DNA of 64,000 nucleotides from an uncultured bacterium (GTDB lineage Bacteria; Actinomycetota; Acidimicrobiia; Spongiisociales; UBA5794), in the NCBI GenBank assembly GCA_963801165.1, contig CAWDDT010000010.1:224001-288000 (forward strand). The letters are read 5' to 3'. Made by a program: the position numbers and the translations under genes. Below the pieces are notes generated by a model that was given only the letters and a program-made list of their open reading frames with translations, had not been told where the DNA came from and did no database searches. Shown here in pieces: positions 49,614-59,140 of this stretch. Numbering within the stretch: the stretch's first letter is position 1; each line of letters starts with the position of its first letter.

Positions 49614-50870
49614 TCAGGTGACGACAGTGCGGGCGTTGTCGTAGCGGAGGTGCGCTCCGTGTGCCACCAAATCGCAAATCCTGCCGACTGCGATTTCTAG
49701 CTCGGTGAATGTCGTGTACAGCGGGACGAGGCCAAACCGGATGTTGTCCGGATCGCGAAAGTCCGGGATGACCCTGCCGTGCTCGATCATGGCGCGGGTG
49801 ATCCGCCAGCCATCGTCGTGACGTACGGCAATGTGCGAGCCACGACGGCTGGCATCGCGGGGGCTCGTGAGCGTGAAACCGAGGTCGGTGAGACGGGCAT
49901 CGACCAATTCTACGAAGTACTCGGTCAGGGCAACGGATTTCGCCCGGATGGTGTCGATCCCGGCTTCGAGCACAATGGGAAGGGCGGGCTCCAGAGCGGA
50001 TAGCGACAGGATCGGCGCAGTCCCGGTGAGTAGGCGCCGGATGCCGGATTCGGGAGCAAACTCGAGGTCGAACGCAAATGGCTCCCGGTGCGCCCACCAG
50101 CCGGGAATGGGGTTGGTGAGGTCGTTGACGAGCGACGGGTGGGCGAACAGGAAAGCGGGCGAGCCGGGTCCGCCATTGAGGTACTTGTAGGTGCAGCCGA
50201 CGGCCAGGTCGACGTGATCGTCGAGGAGCCGCAGCGGTACTGCGCCGACCGAGTGGCTGACATCCCACAGCACCAGCGCTCCGGCCGCGTGTACGGCGCG
50301 GGTCACCCGTTCCATGTCGTACATGTACCCCGACTTGAACGACACGTGGGACAGCGAGACGAGGGCGACGTCGTCATCCAGCGCCGCCTCGATTTCGGTG
50401 ACCGGACCATGGATGCCGTCGGTAGACCGAATAACCGTCACCCGGCGTCCGAGGATGTCCGCCACCGACTGGAGCAGGTAGTTGTCACTGGGGAAGTTGA
50501 GATCGTCCGTGAGGATGGTGGTGCGCCCCGGGCGAGCTTGCAGGGCGGCGAAAGCGAGTTTGAACAGTGAGGTCGAGGTGGAGTCGGAGAGGATCACGTT
50601 GCCGGCACCCGCACCTGCGATTTCAGCGATGGCGTCTCCGACGCGCTCCGATTGCTCCCACCATCGTCCCGGCCACGAGCGTATGAGATCCTCTCCCCAC
50701 TCCTCGCGGATGACCCTCTCGAGGTGAGCAGGGGTGGTCGCGGGCAGCCTGCCGAGCGAGTTGCCGTCGAGGTAGATCACGTCCGGATCGGCGACCACAA
50801 AGCGTTGACGATGCTCGGCCAGCGGGTCGGCGGCGTCACGGGATGCGGCTGTCTCTTTCGGGCTGATGAT
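49614..50870 (-). CDS. kynU: Kynureninase (start probably non-canonical ATC at 50870/50867; first canonical GTG 50798)
   Basis: IYLDGNSLG, DSTS, FPSD.Y, WDVSHSVG, GCTYKYLNGGPG, GWW, DFRDP. Confidence 0.92.
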   Translation of the reverse strand: MISPKETAASRDAADPLAEHRQRFVVADPDVIYLDGNSLGRLPATTPAHLERVIREEWGEDLIRSWPGRWWEQSERVGDAIAEIAGAGAGNVILSDSTSTSLFKLAFAALQARPGRTTILTDDLNFPSDNYLLQSVADILGRRVTVIRSTDGIHGPVTEIEAALDDDVALVSLSHVSFKSGYMYDMERVTRAVHAAGALVLWDVSHSVGAVPLRLLDDHVDLAVGCTYKYLNGGPGSPAFLFAHPSLVNDLTNPIPGWWAHREPFAFDLEFAPESGIRRLLTGTAPILSLSALEPALPIVLEAGIDTIRAKSVALTEYFVELVDARLTDLGFTLTSPRDASRRGSHIAVRHDDGWRITRAMIEHGRVIPDFRDPDNIRFGLVPLYTTFTELEIAVGRICDLVAHGAHLRYDNARTVVT

Positions 50871-51023
50871 GTCTCCCGCGTTCGGCGCTGGTTGGGCGGT
50901 CGCGTTGGCCGCTGCTTTCGCCGAAGAGGCTACCCGGCGCCCCTAGTCGGCGCGAAACGTCCCTTGTTCGTAGACTGTCCCACCCCGACTACTTACAATC
51001 CGCAAAACGCTACGGAGGATCAC

Positions 51024-51548
51024 ATGAGCGACCAGGGCGGCGTGCACGACGAGAACCCTTTCGCAACGCCGAACGACCAGCGCGACCCGGCGCGACGCTT
51101 CCGCGGCCGTATGGCGGCACCCGTAACCGTTATCACTGCCGGTGCCGGCGAGCGTCGCACCGGTCTGACCGTCTCGTCTCTCGTGGTTGCCGAAGGCGAG
51201 CCTTCCCGGGTGTACTTCCTCCTCGGTTCGACGACCGACCTCTTCTATGTGTTGGAGAAGACGGGGAAGTTCGTGGTCCACGTGCTCGAGTCGGGCGATC
51301 AGGCCATCGCCGATGTGTTCGCCGGGTTGCGGCCGAGCCCTGGGGGGAAGTTCACCGACCTCGACATCGAGCAAACCGAGTGGGGGCCGGTGCTCAACGA
51401 GGTCAGGACCCGGGCGTTCTGCACGTTCGAAGGGGGTGACGAGGAGACCTTCTTCATTGTCGCCGAAGGGCGCGTCGACAAGATCGAGATTTCCGACATC
51501 ACCGAGCCGCTCGTCTACTTCCGTGGCAGATACCGGAAGCTGGGCTGA
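51024..51548 (+). CDS. Flavin reductase family protein
   Basis: SD GGAGG; RRFRGR...VTVIT, GLTVSS, PLVYFRG.Y. Confidence 0.85.
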   Translation: MSDQGGVHDENPFATPNDQRDPARRFRGRMAAPVTVITAGAGERRTGLTVSSLVVAEGEPSRVYFLLGSTTDLFYVLEKTGKFVVHVLESGDQAIADVFAGLRPSPGGKFTDLDIEQTEWGPVLNEVRTRAFCTFEGGDEETFFIVAEGRVDKIEISDITEPLVYFRGRYRKLG

Positions 51549-51594
51549 CCTGAGCGTCCAAAACCAACCCGGACCGGTGGATAGACTCGGTGCG

Positions 51595-52914
51595 ATGTCC
51601 AACGCCCCGAAGATCTGGCTGACCACGCTCGGCTGTGCGAAGAACCAGGTCGATTCCGACAAGGTGGCCGGAGTGCTTCACGACGCCGGCTATCAGGACG
51701 CCGACGCACCGGAGATCGCCGATGTGGTGATGGTCAACACCTGCGCGTTCATCGAGCCTGCGCGCGCCGAGTCGATCAACACCGTGCTCGCCATGGCCGA
51801 CGTGAAGCGTCCCGACGCCAAACTCGTTGTGCTCGGTTGCATGGCCCAGAGATATGAGCAGGAGTTGGTCGCCGCCCTCCCCGAGGCCGACGCCGTCATC
51901 GGTCTCGACCGGTATGCAGAGATCGTCGGGCGTCTCGACCACCTGACGAGTTGGCAGCCGATTGAGATTCGCCCGGTGCGCCGCAGTCCGATGGACATCT
52001 TGTTCGAGACCCGCAGGCCCACCCCTACGACGCCATATGCGTACGTGAAGGTGGCCGAAGGGTGCGACAAGCTGTGCACGTTCTGTGCGATCCCACAGTT
52101 CCGGGGCAAGCAACGGTCGCGCAGCCCGGAGAACATTTATGAGGAGATCGCCGTGTTGACCGGGGCCGGGGTAGGAGAGGTTGTGCTGGTGGCCCAGGAC
52201 CTTGCTGCCTACGGTCGGGACGCCGGTATCGACGGTGGGCTCGTAGAGCTCGTCAGAAACGCGGCCGCCATCGAGGGCCTGCGGCGTCTGCGCCTCTATT
52301 ACCTGTATCCCCGAGAGATCCGGCCGGAGTTGATCGACGTCATGACTTCGCTGCCCAATGTCGTCGACTATTTCGATCTGTCGCTCCAGCACGTTGCACC
52401 GCATCTGCTGCGCGACATGAAGCGCCCGGGGAGTGGCGAGGCCCATCTCGAGCTGATCGAGGCAATCCGTCGCCGGGCCCCGCACGCCGCGCTCCGCTCC
52501 AGCTTCATCATCGGATTTCCCGGTGAGACGGACGACGATGTGGAAGAGTTGGAAGCCTTTCTGCAGGCCGCCCGGCTCGACTGGGTGGGGCTCTTTCCCT
52601 TCTCACCGGAGGAGGGGACACCGGCGGCGCTGCTACCGGACCAGGTGGACGAGGAAACTGCCATGGAACGTCTCCGCTACGTGCAGCAGGCCCAGGACGA
52701 CATCACGCATTCCAGGAACGCCGCCCGGGTTGGCAGCCGCGTCGAGGTCGTGGTCGATCAGGTCGAGGAAGGTCAGCCGGTTGCTCGCAGTTACCGCCAG
52801 GCGCCCGAGATCGACGGGGTGATCCTGCTCGATCGTGGCGGGCCCGGTGACTGGTTGATGGCGGAGATCGTCGGTGCCTTCGGTACCGATTTGGAGGCGG
52901 TGGTGGTGGGATGA
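51595..52914 (+). CDS. rimO: Ribosomal protein S12 methylthiotransferase
   Basis: LGCAKNQVDS, NTCAFI, CDKLCTFC, APEIDG. Confidence 0.93.
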   Translation: MSNAPKIWLTTLGCAKNQVDSDKVAGVLHDAGYQDADAPEIADVVMVNTCAFIEPARAESINTVLAMADVKRPDAKLVVLGCMAQRYEQELVAALPEADAVIGLDRYAEIVGRLDHLTSWQPIEIRPVRRSPMDILFETRRPTPTTPYAYVKVAEGCDKLCTFCAIPQFRGKQRSRSPENIYEEIAVLTGAGVGEVVLVAQDLAAYGRDAGIDGGLVELVRNAAAIEGLRRLRLYYLYPREIRPELIDVMTSLPNVVDYFDLSLQHVAPHLLRDMKRPGSGEAHLELIEAIRRRAPHAALRSSFIIGFPGETDDDVEELEAFLQAARLDWVGLFPFSPEEGTPAALLPDQVDEETAMERLRYVQQAQDDITHSRNAARVGSRVEVVVDQVEEGQPVARSYRQAPEIDGVILLDRGGPGDWLMAEIVGAFGTDLEAVVVG

Positions 52915-54176
52915 TCGTCGAGGTGATCGCGGTAGGGACCGAGCTGCTCTACGGGCAGACGGTCAACACGAACGCAGCGGAGATCGGGGTACGCCTGGCC
53001 GAAGCGGGTCTGGAGCACCAGCACTCGTCGGTGGTCGGGGATCATCCCGGTCGGATGGAAGATGCGATCACCCTGGCCATGTCACGGGCCGGCGCCGTGA
53101 TCGTGACCGGCGGTCTCGGACCCACCCAGGACGACATCACCCGGGAGGCCATCGCCGCCGCCACCGGGCGCAAGCTCCTTTATAGCGAGGAATACGCCGA
53201 GCGGTTGCGGCGATGGTGGGAGAGCCGCGGCCGGGAGATGCCGGAGTCGAACCTGAAGCAGGCGGAGTATCCCGACGGGGCCGACCTGCTGATCAACCCG
53301 AAGGGGACGGCCCCGGGTTTACGTCTGGTCCACGACGGGGTCCTCATCTACGCCGCGCCCGGTGTTCCCGCCGAGCTCGAGGACCTTCTCGACCGCTACA
53401 TCGTCCCGGATCTGCTGGAGCGCTCCGACTCGCGGGTCGTGTTGAACCGGGTGCTGCGCACGTACGGAGAGTCGGAGTCGATGCTCGGGGAGCGGGTTGC
53501 CGACTTGTACTCAGACGGCAATCCGTCGATGGCATTTCTGGCGTCGGCCGCCGAGATCAAGATTCGGCTGACCGCCAAGGCAGCGACCCGCGACGAGGCC
53601 GAGGCGATGGTGGCCCCAATCGAGGCCGAGATCCGGCAACGGCTGGGCAAGCTCATCTTCGGAACCGACGACGAGACGATCGAGAAGATCCTCTTGCGAT
53701 TGGCAGAGGAAACCGGTTGGTCCCTGGCCACGGCAGAATCTGCGACTGGTGGCATGGTGGCGGCGCGCATCACCTCCGTTCCGGGGGCGTCTGCGTTCTT
53801 CAGGGGCTCTGTTGTGGCATACAGCACGGACGTGAAGCGGGATGTGCTCGGGGTCCCGGCCGGGATGATCGAGGAGCATGGTGTCGTCAGCGTGCCGGTC
53901 GCCATCGCCATGGCGGAGGGTGTGGCCCGGGTACTCGGCGCCGACGTGGCAGTGGCCGTCACCGGATCGGCAGGTCCGGAACCCCAGGGGCGCCCGGTGG
54001 GGACGATGGTGATCGGGGTGCGCACGCCCGAGAAAGCTATGGCGCGTACTGTGTCACTCCCTGGTGACCGGGAGCGGATCCGCACCTATACGGCCACCGG
54101 TGCGTTGCAGCTGGCGCGGCTGGCAATGACGGGGGAGTGGTGGCACGGGGAGCCCCGCTCCGGACGCTGGATCTGA
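52911..54176 (+). CDS. cinA: Competence/damage-inducible protein CinA (NMN deamidase domain)
   Basis: VGTELL.G, GGLGPTQDD.T, AESATGG. Confidence 0.93.
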   Translation: MIVEVIAVGTELLYGQTVNTNAAEIGVRLAEAGLEHQHSSVVGDHPGRMEDAITLAMSRAGAVIVTGGLGPTQDDITREAIAAATGRKLLYSEEYAERLRRWWESRGREMPESNLKQAEYPDGADLLINPKGTAPGLRLVHDGVLIYAAPGVPAELEDLLDRYIVPDLLERSDSRVVLNRVLRTYGESESMLGERVADLYSDGNPSMAFLASAAEIKIRLTAKAATRDEAEAMVAPIEAEIRQRLGKLIFGTDDETIEKILLRLAEETGWSLATAESATGGMVAARITSVPGASAFFRGSVVAYSTDVKRDVLGVPAGMIEEHGVVSVPVAIAMAEGVARVLGADVAVAVTGSAGPEPQGRPVGTMVIGVRTPEKAMARTVSLPGDRERIRTYTATGALQLARLAMTGEWWHGEPRSGRWI

Positions 54177-54724
54177 TGCCGGAGCGGATGTTCCTGGCCG
54201 TAGCGATCGACAACGAAACCAGGTACGAATTGGCGGCGCATCTCGATGAGGCGCTCCAGGGGCGCCGGCTGCCGGGCAAGGTCAGCCCGTTCGACAATTG
54301 GCATTTGACGCTGCGGTTTCTCGGCAACACCACGACGGTGCAGGCCGAGCAGATCCTTGCTCACCTCGACGATCATCTGGCTGTAGAGCCGTTCCGGATG
54401 CGCTTCATCGGGCTCAGCGGCTTTCCCAGGGAGAGCAAGGCATCGGTGCTGTGGCTTGGCTGCGACGGTGACCTCGACTCGCTCGAGCTGGTTGCGGGTG
54501 AATGTGAGGCGGCGGCGGAGCGGGCCGGGTTCGAGCCGGAGGGCCGTCCCTTCCATCCCCACCTGACGTTGAGCCGGATCCGCCCTCCCGTCGACATTAG
54601 GGATCTGGTTGACCAGGTCGAGCCGTCGGGGGTGGCGACGACGGTCTCGGCGGTGACCCTGTACCGGTCGATCCTGGGTAGTGGGCCGGCCCGCTACGAG
54701 GTTGTGGATTCCGTTGAGCTGTGA
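54176..54724 (+). CDS. thpR: RNA 2',3'-cyclic phosphodiesterase
   Basis: Two HxT motifs (HLTLRFLG, PHLTLSR). Confidence 0.92.
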   Translation: MPERMFLAVAIDNETRYELAAHLDEALQGRRLPGKVSPFDNWHLTLRFLGNTTTVQAEQILAHLDDHLAVEPFRMRFIGLSGFPRESKASVLWLGCDGDLDSLELVAGECEAAAERAGFEPEGRPFHPHLTLSRIRPPVDIRDLVDQVEPSGVATTVSAVTLYRSILGSGPARYEVVDSVEL

Positions 54725-54747
54725 TTATGTCGCTAAACACTGGACAC

Positions 54748-54761
54748 CGAACGTCTGTTCG
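54748..54761. promoter_or_regulatory. LexA SOS box upstream of recA
   Basis: CGAACGTCTGTTCG matches GAAC-N4-GTTC. Confidence 0.88.
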
Positions 54762-54802
54762 CCTAGTGTTCTGCGTGCAAAGCGATTACATGCTTGTAGT
54801 TA

Positions 54803-54824
54803 TGTCCCAGGCGGCGTATAGGTT
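54803..54824 (+). promoter_or_regulatory. RecA-NDp/PafBC-type promoter motif upstream of recA
   Basis: TGTCCC-N10-TAGGTT. Confidence 0.6.
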
Positions 54825-54874
54825 GGCTGAAGTGGATGGAATCGACTACTCACAACCAACCGAAGGGAGCTCCA

Positions 54875-55924
54875 GTGGAGTCTGACAAGAATCTCGAAAT
54901 GGCGATGGCTCAGATCGAGCGGCAGTTCGGCAAGGGCGCCATCATGAAGCTGAGCGACGGCGCCGTGAGGAACGTCCGTGCGATCCCTACCGGGGCTCTA
55001 TCGCTAGACCTGGCGCTCGGTATTGGTGGTGTGCCTCGGGGCCGGATCGTTGAGATATTCGGACCGGAGAGCTCGGGGAAAACGACCCTTGCGCTCCATG
55101 TGGTTGCCGAGGCGCAGCGCAACGGTGGAGTGGCGGCGTTCATCGACGCCGAGCACGCACTCGACCCGGTCTACGCCAAGGCGCTCGGGGTCGACGTCGA
55201 CGAGTTGCTGATCTCGCAGCCGGATACAGGGGAGCAGGCGCTCGAGATCACCGACATGCTGATCCGCTCCGGAGCCCTCGACGTGGTTGTGATCGACTCG
55301 GTGGCGGCGCTGGTGCCTCGCGCCGAGTTGGAGGGCGACATGGGCGACACCCACGTCGGTCTCCAGGCCCGGCTCATGTCACAGGCGCTGCGCAAGTTGG
55401 CCGGGACGATCAACCGTTCCGACACGACCGCCGTCTTCATCAACCAGCTGCGCGAGAAGATAGGTGTGATGTTCGGCTCACCTGAGACAACGCCGGGCGG
55501 TCGTGCGCTCAAGTTCTACGCCAGCGTGCGTATCGACGTGCGTCGCATCGAGTCGATCAAGCAGGGAACGGACAATGTGGGTAACCGGGTGCGGGCCAAG
55601 ATCGTCAAGAACAAAGTCGCACCGCCGTTCCGGCTCGCCGAGTTCGACATCATGTTCGGTGAGGGTATCTCTCGGGAAGGCAGCCTTCTCGACGTCGCAG
55701 TCGAGCAGGGTGTGGTCAAGAAGGCGGGTGCCTGGTTCACCTACGACGGAGACCAACTCGGTCAGGGTCGGGAGAAGGCCAAGCAGTTCCTGCGTGACAA
55801 CCCGGAGATCGCCGTGCAGCTGGAGGATCGTGTCCTCCACGCCGTCGGCTTGCTCGGCGATAAGGAGGAGCTCGAGGTCGACGAGGAGACGGGTGAGATC
55901 CTGAACAAGAGCGACGGAGAGTGA
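54875..55924 (+). CDS. recA: Recombinase A
   Basis: [27 protein letters not shown]; SD GAAGGGAG before GTG. Confidence 0.98.
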   Translation: MESDKNLEMAMAQIERQFGKGAIMKLSDGAVRNVRAIPTGALSLDLALGIGGVPRGRIVEIFGPESSGKTTLALHVVAEAQRNGGVAAFIDAEHALDPVYAKALGVDVDELLISQPDTGEQALEITDMLIRSGALDVVVIDSVAALVPRAELEGDMGDTHVGLQARLMSQALRKLAGTINRSDTTAVFINQLREKIGVMFGSPETTPGGRALKFYASVRIDVRRIESIKQGTDNVGNRVRAKIVKNKVAPPFRLAEFDIMFGEGISREGSLLDVAVEQGVVKKAGAWFTYDGDQLGQGREKAKQFLRDNPEIAVQLEDRVLHAVGLLGDKEELEVDEETGEILNKSDGE

Positions 55925-56034
55925 CGCTTTCGAGGGGTATCGGGGTATCCGGATGGCAACTCCGCAAGTAATTCCGATAAATCTGGTTTTCGCGGTTCCG
56001 GTTGGTTGACGCGTGCTGTACGATCAGATTCAGA

Positions 56035-56184
56035 CACACGCAACTACTACATGAAACAACGGAATCCGGAGTGAGAGCCGATGGGATGGACTGCACGGAG
56101 GTGTCGCCAAGCGGCGACTGACTGAGATCACCTACGCGGGTTTGTCTCTTGGGCGGCGTGTGCCGAGTCATTTTGACTCGGCAT
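56035..56184 (+). ncRNA. Candidate structured cis-regulatory leader of rny
   Basis: Nested stems by eye (GTCGCC/GGCGAC, AGGT/ACCT, GGGATGGAC/GTTTGTCTC) plus perfect 10-bp hairpin TGCCGAGTCA/TGACTCGGCA. Confidence 0.4.
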
Positions 56185-56217
56185 CGTGCGTTCCGGGGGC
56201 CGAGAAACGGGGACGGC

Positions 56218-57747
56218 ATGGATTGGCTTATCGCTATGGCGGTGGCTCTGCCTGTTGCCCTGCTTGCCTTTCTGGGAGGACGTGAGCTACAGCGGCGCAG
56301 CACTTCGCGTACGAGTGCCTCGGCCGTAGACGCCCTTCGCGAGGCCCGGCTGGATGCGCAGCGCATCCTGTCTCGGGCCGAGGAGGAATCGCGCGCATTG
56401 GCAGAGAGCTACAGAGAGCGGGAGGAAGCGGCACTAGCGCACAGAGTGGTCGAGGCGGAGGCACTCGAGGAGCGTCTCGCTCAGCGGGAAGCGACTCTGG
56501 AGCAGAGAGCAACGAACCTGGCGCATCGTGAGGAGATGCTCATCGACAAGGAGCGGTCTCTGAGCGAGGCCCGGGGCGAGGCAGAATCGCTGCGCGAGGA
56601 GGCGCGGGGACATCTGGAGCGTATAGCCGGTTTCGACTCCCGCGCCGCCAAGCAAGAGCTTCTCAGGAAGGTCGAGGACGAAGCCAGGCGCGAGGCGATG
56701 GTCCTCGTCCGGGATTTGGAGATGAAGGCACGCGAGGAGGCGGACCGCCGCGGTCGCCGCATCCTGGCAACGGCCGTGCAGCGGCTGGCCGCAGAGGTCG
56801 TGTCGGAGTCGACCGTCTCGGTAGTTCCGCTTCCCTCGGACGACATGAAAGGCCGGATCATCGGCCGAGACGGGCGCAATATCCGCACTTTCGAAGCTGT
56901 TACCGGAGTCAACCTCATCGTCGACGACACGCCAGAGGCGGTGTCGCTCTCCACGTTCGATCCGGTACGTCGCGAGACGGCGCGGCTCACGCTGCAACGG
57001 CTTGTCGAAGACGGCCGGATCCACCCGGCGTCGATCGAGGAGGCCTTCGAGAAGGCCCGCGCCGAGGTAGAGCAGTCCGTTCGGGATGCGGGTGAGTGGG
57101 CGATGCTCGAAGTTGGTGTAACCCGACTGCATCCCGAGCTGGTCACGCTGCTCGGCCGTCTCAAATACCGAACCTCCTACGGCCAGAACGTGCTGAACCA
57201 TCTCGTCGAGGCCGCCAACATCGCCGGTATGCTCGCTTCCGAGCTCGGCGTCGATGATGTCGAGGCACGACGCGCCGCATTCCTCCACGACATCGGCAAG
57301 GCCGTTTCCCACGAGGTGGGCGGATCGCACGCGATGATCGGTGCCGAAATCGCCCGTCGCTTCGGCGAGGACGCAGCCATCGCCCACGCCATCGAGTCGC
57401 ATCACAATGAGGTCGAGCCTCGCACCCTCACCGCCGTTCTCGTGCAGGCGGCGGACGCAGTATCTGCGGCACGTCCCGGTGCCCGCCGGGAGGCTTTGGA
57501 GTCGTACGTGCGGAGGTTGGAACGTCTCGAGGAGATCGCATCCTCGTTCGAGGGCGTCGAGCGAGTGTTCGCCATGCAAGCGGGGCGTGAGGTGCGCATT
57601 GCTGTTGCTCCGAACCTGGTGGATGATCTCGCCGCCGGAGACCTGGCGCGGCGTATCGCGAGGCGTCTCGAGGAGGACCTGAGCTACCCGGGTCAGATCG
57701 AGGTGACCGTAATCCGCGAGTTCCGGGCAACGGACTACGCTCGCTAG
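56218..57747 (+). CDS. rny: Ribonuclease Y
   Basis: N-terminal TM, coiled coil, KH (KGRIIGRDGRNI), HD (LHDIGK), YPGQI. Confidence 0.95.
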   Translation: MDWLIAMAVALPVALLAFLGGRELQRRSTSRTSASAVDALREARLDAQRILSRAEEESRALAESYREREEAALAHRVVEAEALEERLAQREATLEQRATNLAHREEMLIDKERSLSEARGEAESLREEARGHLERIAGFDSRAAKQELLRKVEDEARREAMVLVRDLEMKAREEADRRGRRILATAVQRLAAEVVSESTVSVVPLPSDDMKGRIIGRDGRNIRTFEAVTGVNLIVDDTPEAVSLSTFDPVRRETARLTLQRLVEDGRIHPASIEEAFEKARAEVEQSVRDAGEWAMLEVGVTRLHPELVTLLGRLKYRTSYGQNVLNHLVEAANIAGMLASELGVDDVEARRAAFLHDIGKAVSHEVGGSHAMIGAEIARRFGEDAAIAHAIESHHNEVEPRTLTAVLVQAADAVSAARPGARREALESYVRRLERLEEIASSFEGVERVFAMQAGREVRIAVAPNLVDDLAAGDLARRIARRLEEDLSYPGQIEVTVIREFRATDYAR

Positions 57748-57751
57748 TTCC

Positions 57752-59140
57752 ATGGCTGATATGACCGTCCTAGGGATGCCAAGCGTCCGCACTCCGCGCC
57801 GGCCCACACGGACCGGTCTGACCTATCACGTGCGCACCTTCGGCTGCCAGATGAACGAGCACGACTCGGAGCGGATCAGCGGCCTGCTGGCCGCCGACGG
57901 CATGGTCGAGACGGAGCGCCTCGAGGACGCCGATGTGGTCGTGCTCAACACGTGCACGATTCGCGAGAACGCCGACAACAAGCTCTACGGGTTCCTGGGG
58001 ACGCTGCGCTCCGTCAAGGGCGAGCACCCGGGGATGAAGATCCTCGTTGGCGGCTGTTCGGCGCAGAAGGACGGTGATCTCGTCCGGGAGCGGGCGGGCT
58101 GGGTCGATATCGTGTTTGGCACTCACAACGTCCACCGTGTCGTCGATCTGCTCGATCATGCCGACGAGTGGGGGCCGGTGACCGAGATCTGGGAAGAGAC
58201 GGTTTCCGCCGACGATTTCCCGTCGTACCTGCCGGCCCGGCGCCGGACACCACACTCGGCGTGGGTGACCATCGCAATCGGTTGTGACAACTCCTGCACC
58301 TTCTGCATCGTCCCGACCGTCCGCGGCCGGGAGCTCAGCCGTCGTTTCGGCGACATCATCGGCGAGGTCAGAGCACTCGCCGCTGATGGTGTCAGCGAGG
58401 TCACCCTCCTTGGTCAGAACGTGAACTCGTACGGGCGTGATCTGGCGCTCAACGGTCGTAGGCCGGTGTTCGCCGATCTGTTGCGGCAGGTCGGAGCGAT
58501 CCCGGGGATCAGAAGGGTCCGTTACACGAGCCCGCACCCGAAGGACTTCCGTGAGGACGTCGCGCGCGCCATGGCCGAGACGCCGGCAGTGTGCGAGCAG
58601 CTCCACTTGCCGCTCCAGTCGGGGAGCGACCGGGTGCTGGCTGCGATGCACCGGGGTTACAACGCTGAGCGTTTCCTCGGCCGGTTGGACCTGGCGCGGA
58701 GGATCATTCCCGACCTGGCCGTTTCCACCGACATCATCGTCGGTTTTCCCGGTGAGACCGAGGACGACTTTGCGGCGACGATGGACGTGGTCGCGGCATC
58801 CCGGTTCGACCAGGCGTTCACGTTCCAATACTCTCCGCGCACCGGAACCCCTGCCGCCACCATGAAGGGTCAGATCGACAAGACGGTGGTACAGGAACGG
58901 TTCGATCGGCTGGTTGCTCTCCAGAACCAGATCTCCCTCGAGAAGAACGAGGAGGCAGTGGGCCGGATCGAGGAAGTGCTGGTAGAAGGCCCGTCGCGGA
59001 AGGATGCGAGCGTGGTGACGGCGCGTACCCGGGGCAACAAACCCGTCCATGCACCCGGTGTTCTCGACGCGGGTACATACTGTCACGTCGAAATCACGAG
59101 GGCCGCCCCACACCATTTGATGGGACGGGTGGTTTCCTGA
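57752..59140 (+). CDS. miaB: tRNA-2-methylthio-N6-dimethylallyladenosine synthase
   Basis: FGCQMNEHDSE, CDNSCTFC, TSPHP, TRAM domain. Confidence 0.95.
   Translation: MADMTVLGMPSVRTPRRPTRTGLTYHVRTFGCQMNEHDSERISGLLAADGMVETERLEDADVVVLNTCTIRENADNKLYGFLGTLRSVKGEHPGMKILVGGCSAQKDGDLVRERAGWVDIVFGTHNVHRVVDLLDHADEWGPVTEIWEETVSADDFPSYLPARRRTPHSAWVTIAIGCDNSCTFCIVPTVRGRELSRRFGDIIGEVRALAADGVSEVTLLGQNVNSYGRDLALNGRRPVFADLLRQVGAIPGIRRVRYTSPHPKDFREDVARAMAETPAVCEQLHLPLQSGSDRVLAAMHRGYNAERFLGRLDLARRIIPDLAVSTDIIVGFPGETEDDFAATMDVVAASRFDQAFTFQYSPRTGTPAATMKGQIDKTVVQERFDRLVALQNQISLEKNEEAVGRIEEVLVEGPSRKDASVVTARTRGNKPVHAPGVLDAGTYCHVEITRAAPHHLMGRVVS

Noticed and set aside
56095-56150. TPP riboswitch (AGGTG...CTGAGAT-CACCT) or 6S RNA in the rny leader
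   Set aside because: The TPP P4/P5 half (ACCTGAT...GCGNAGG) is absent and the gene context is unrelated; no clear 6S-type rod with central bubble; kept only as an unnamed structured RNA candidate
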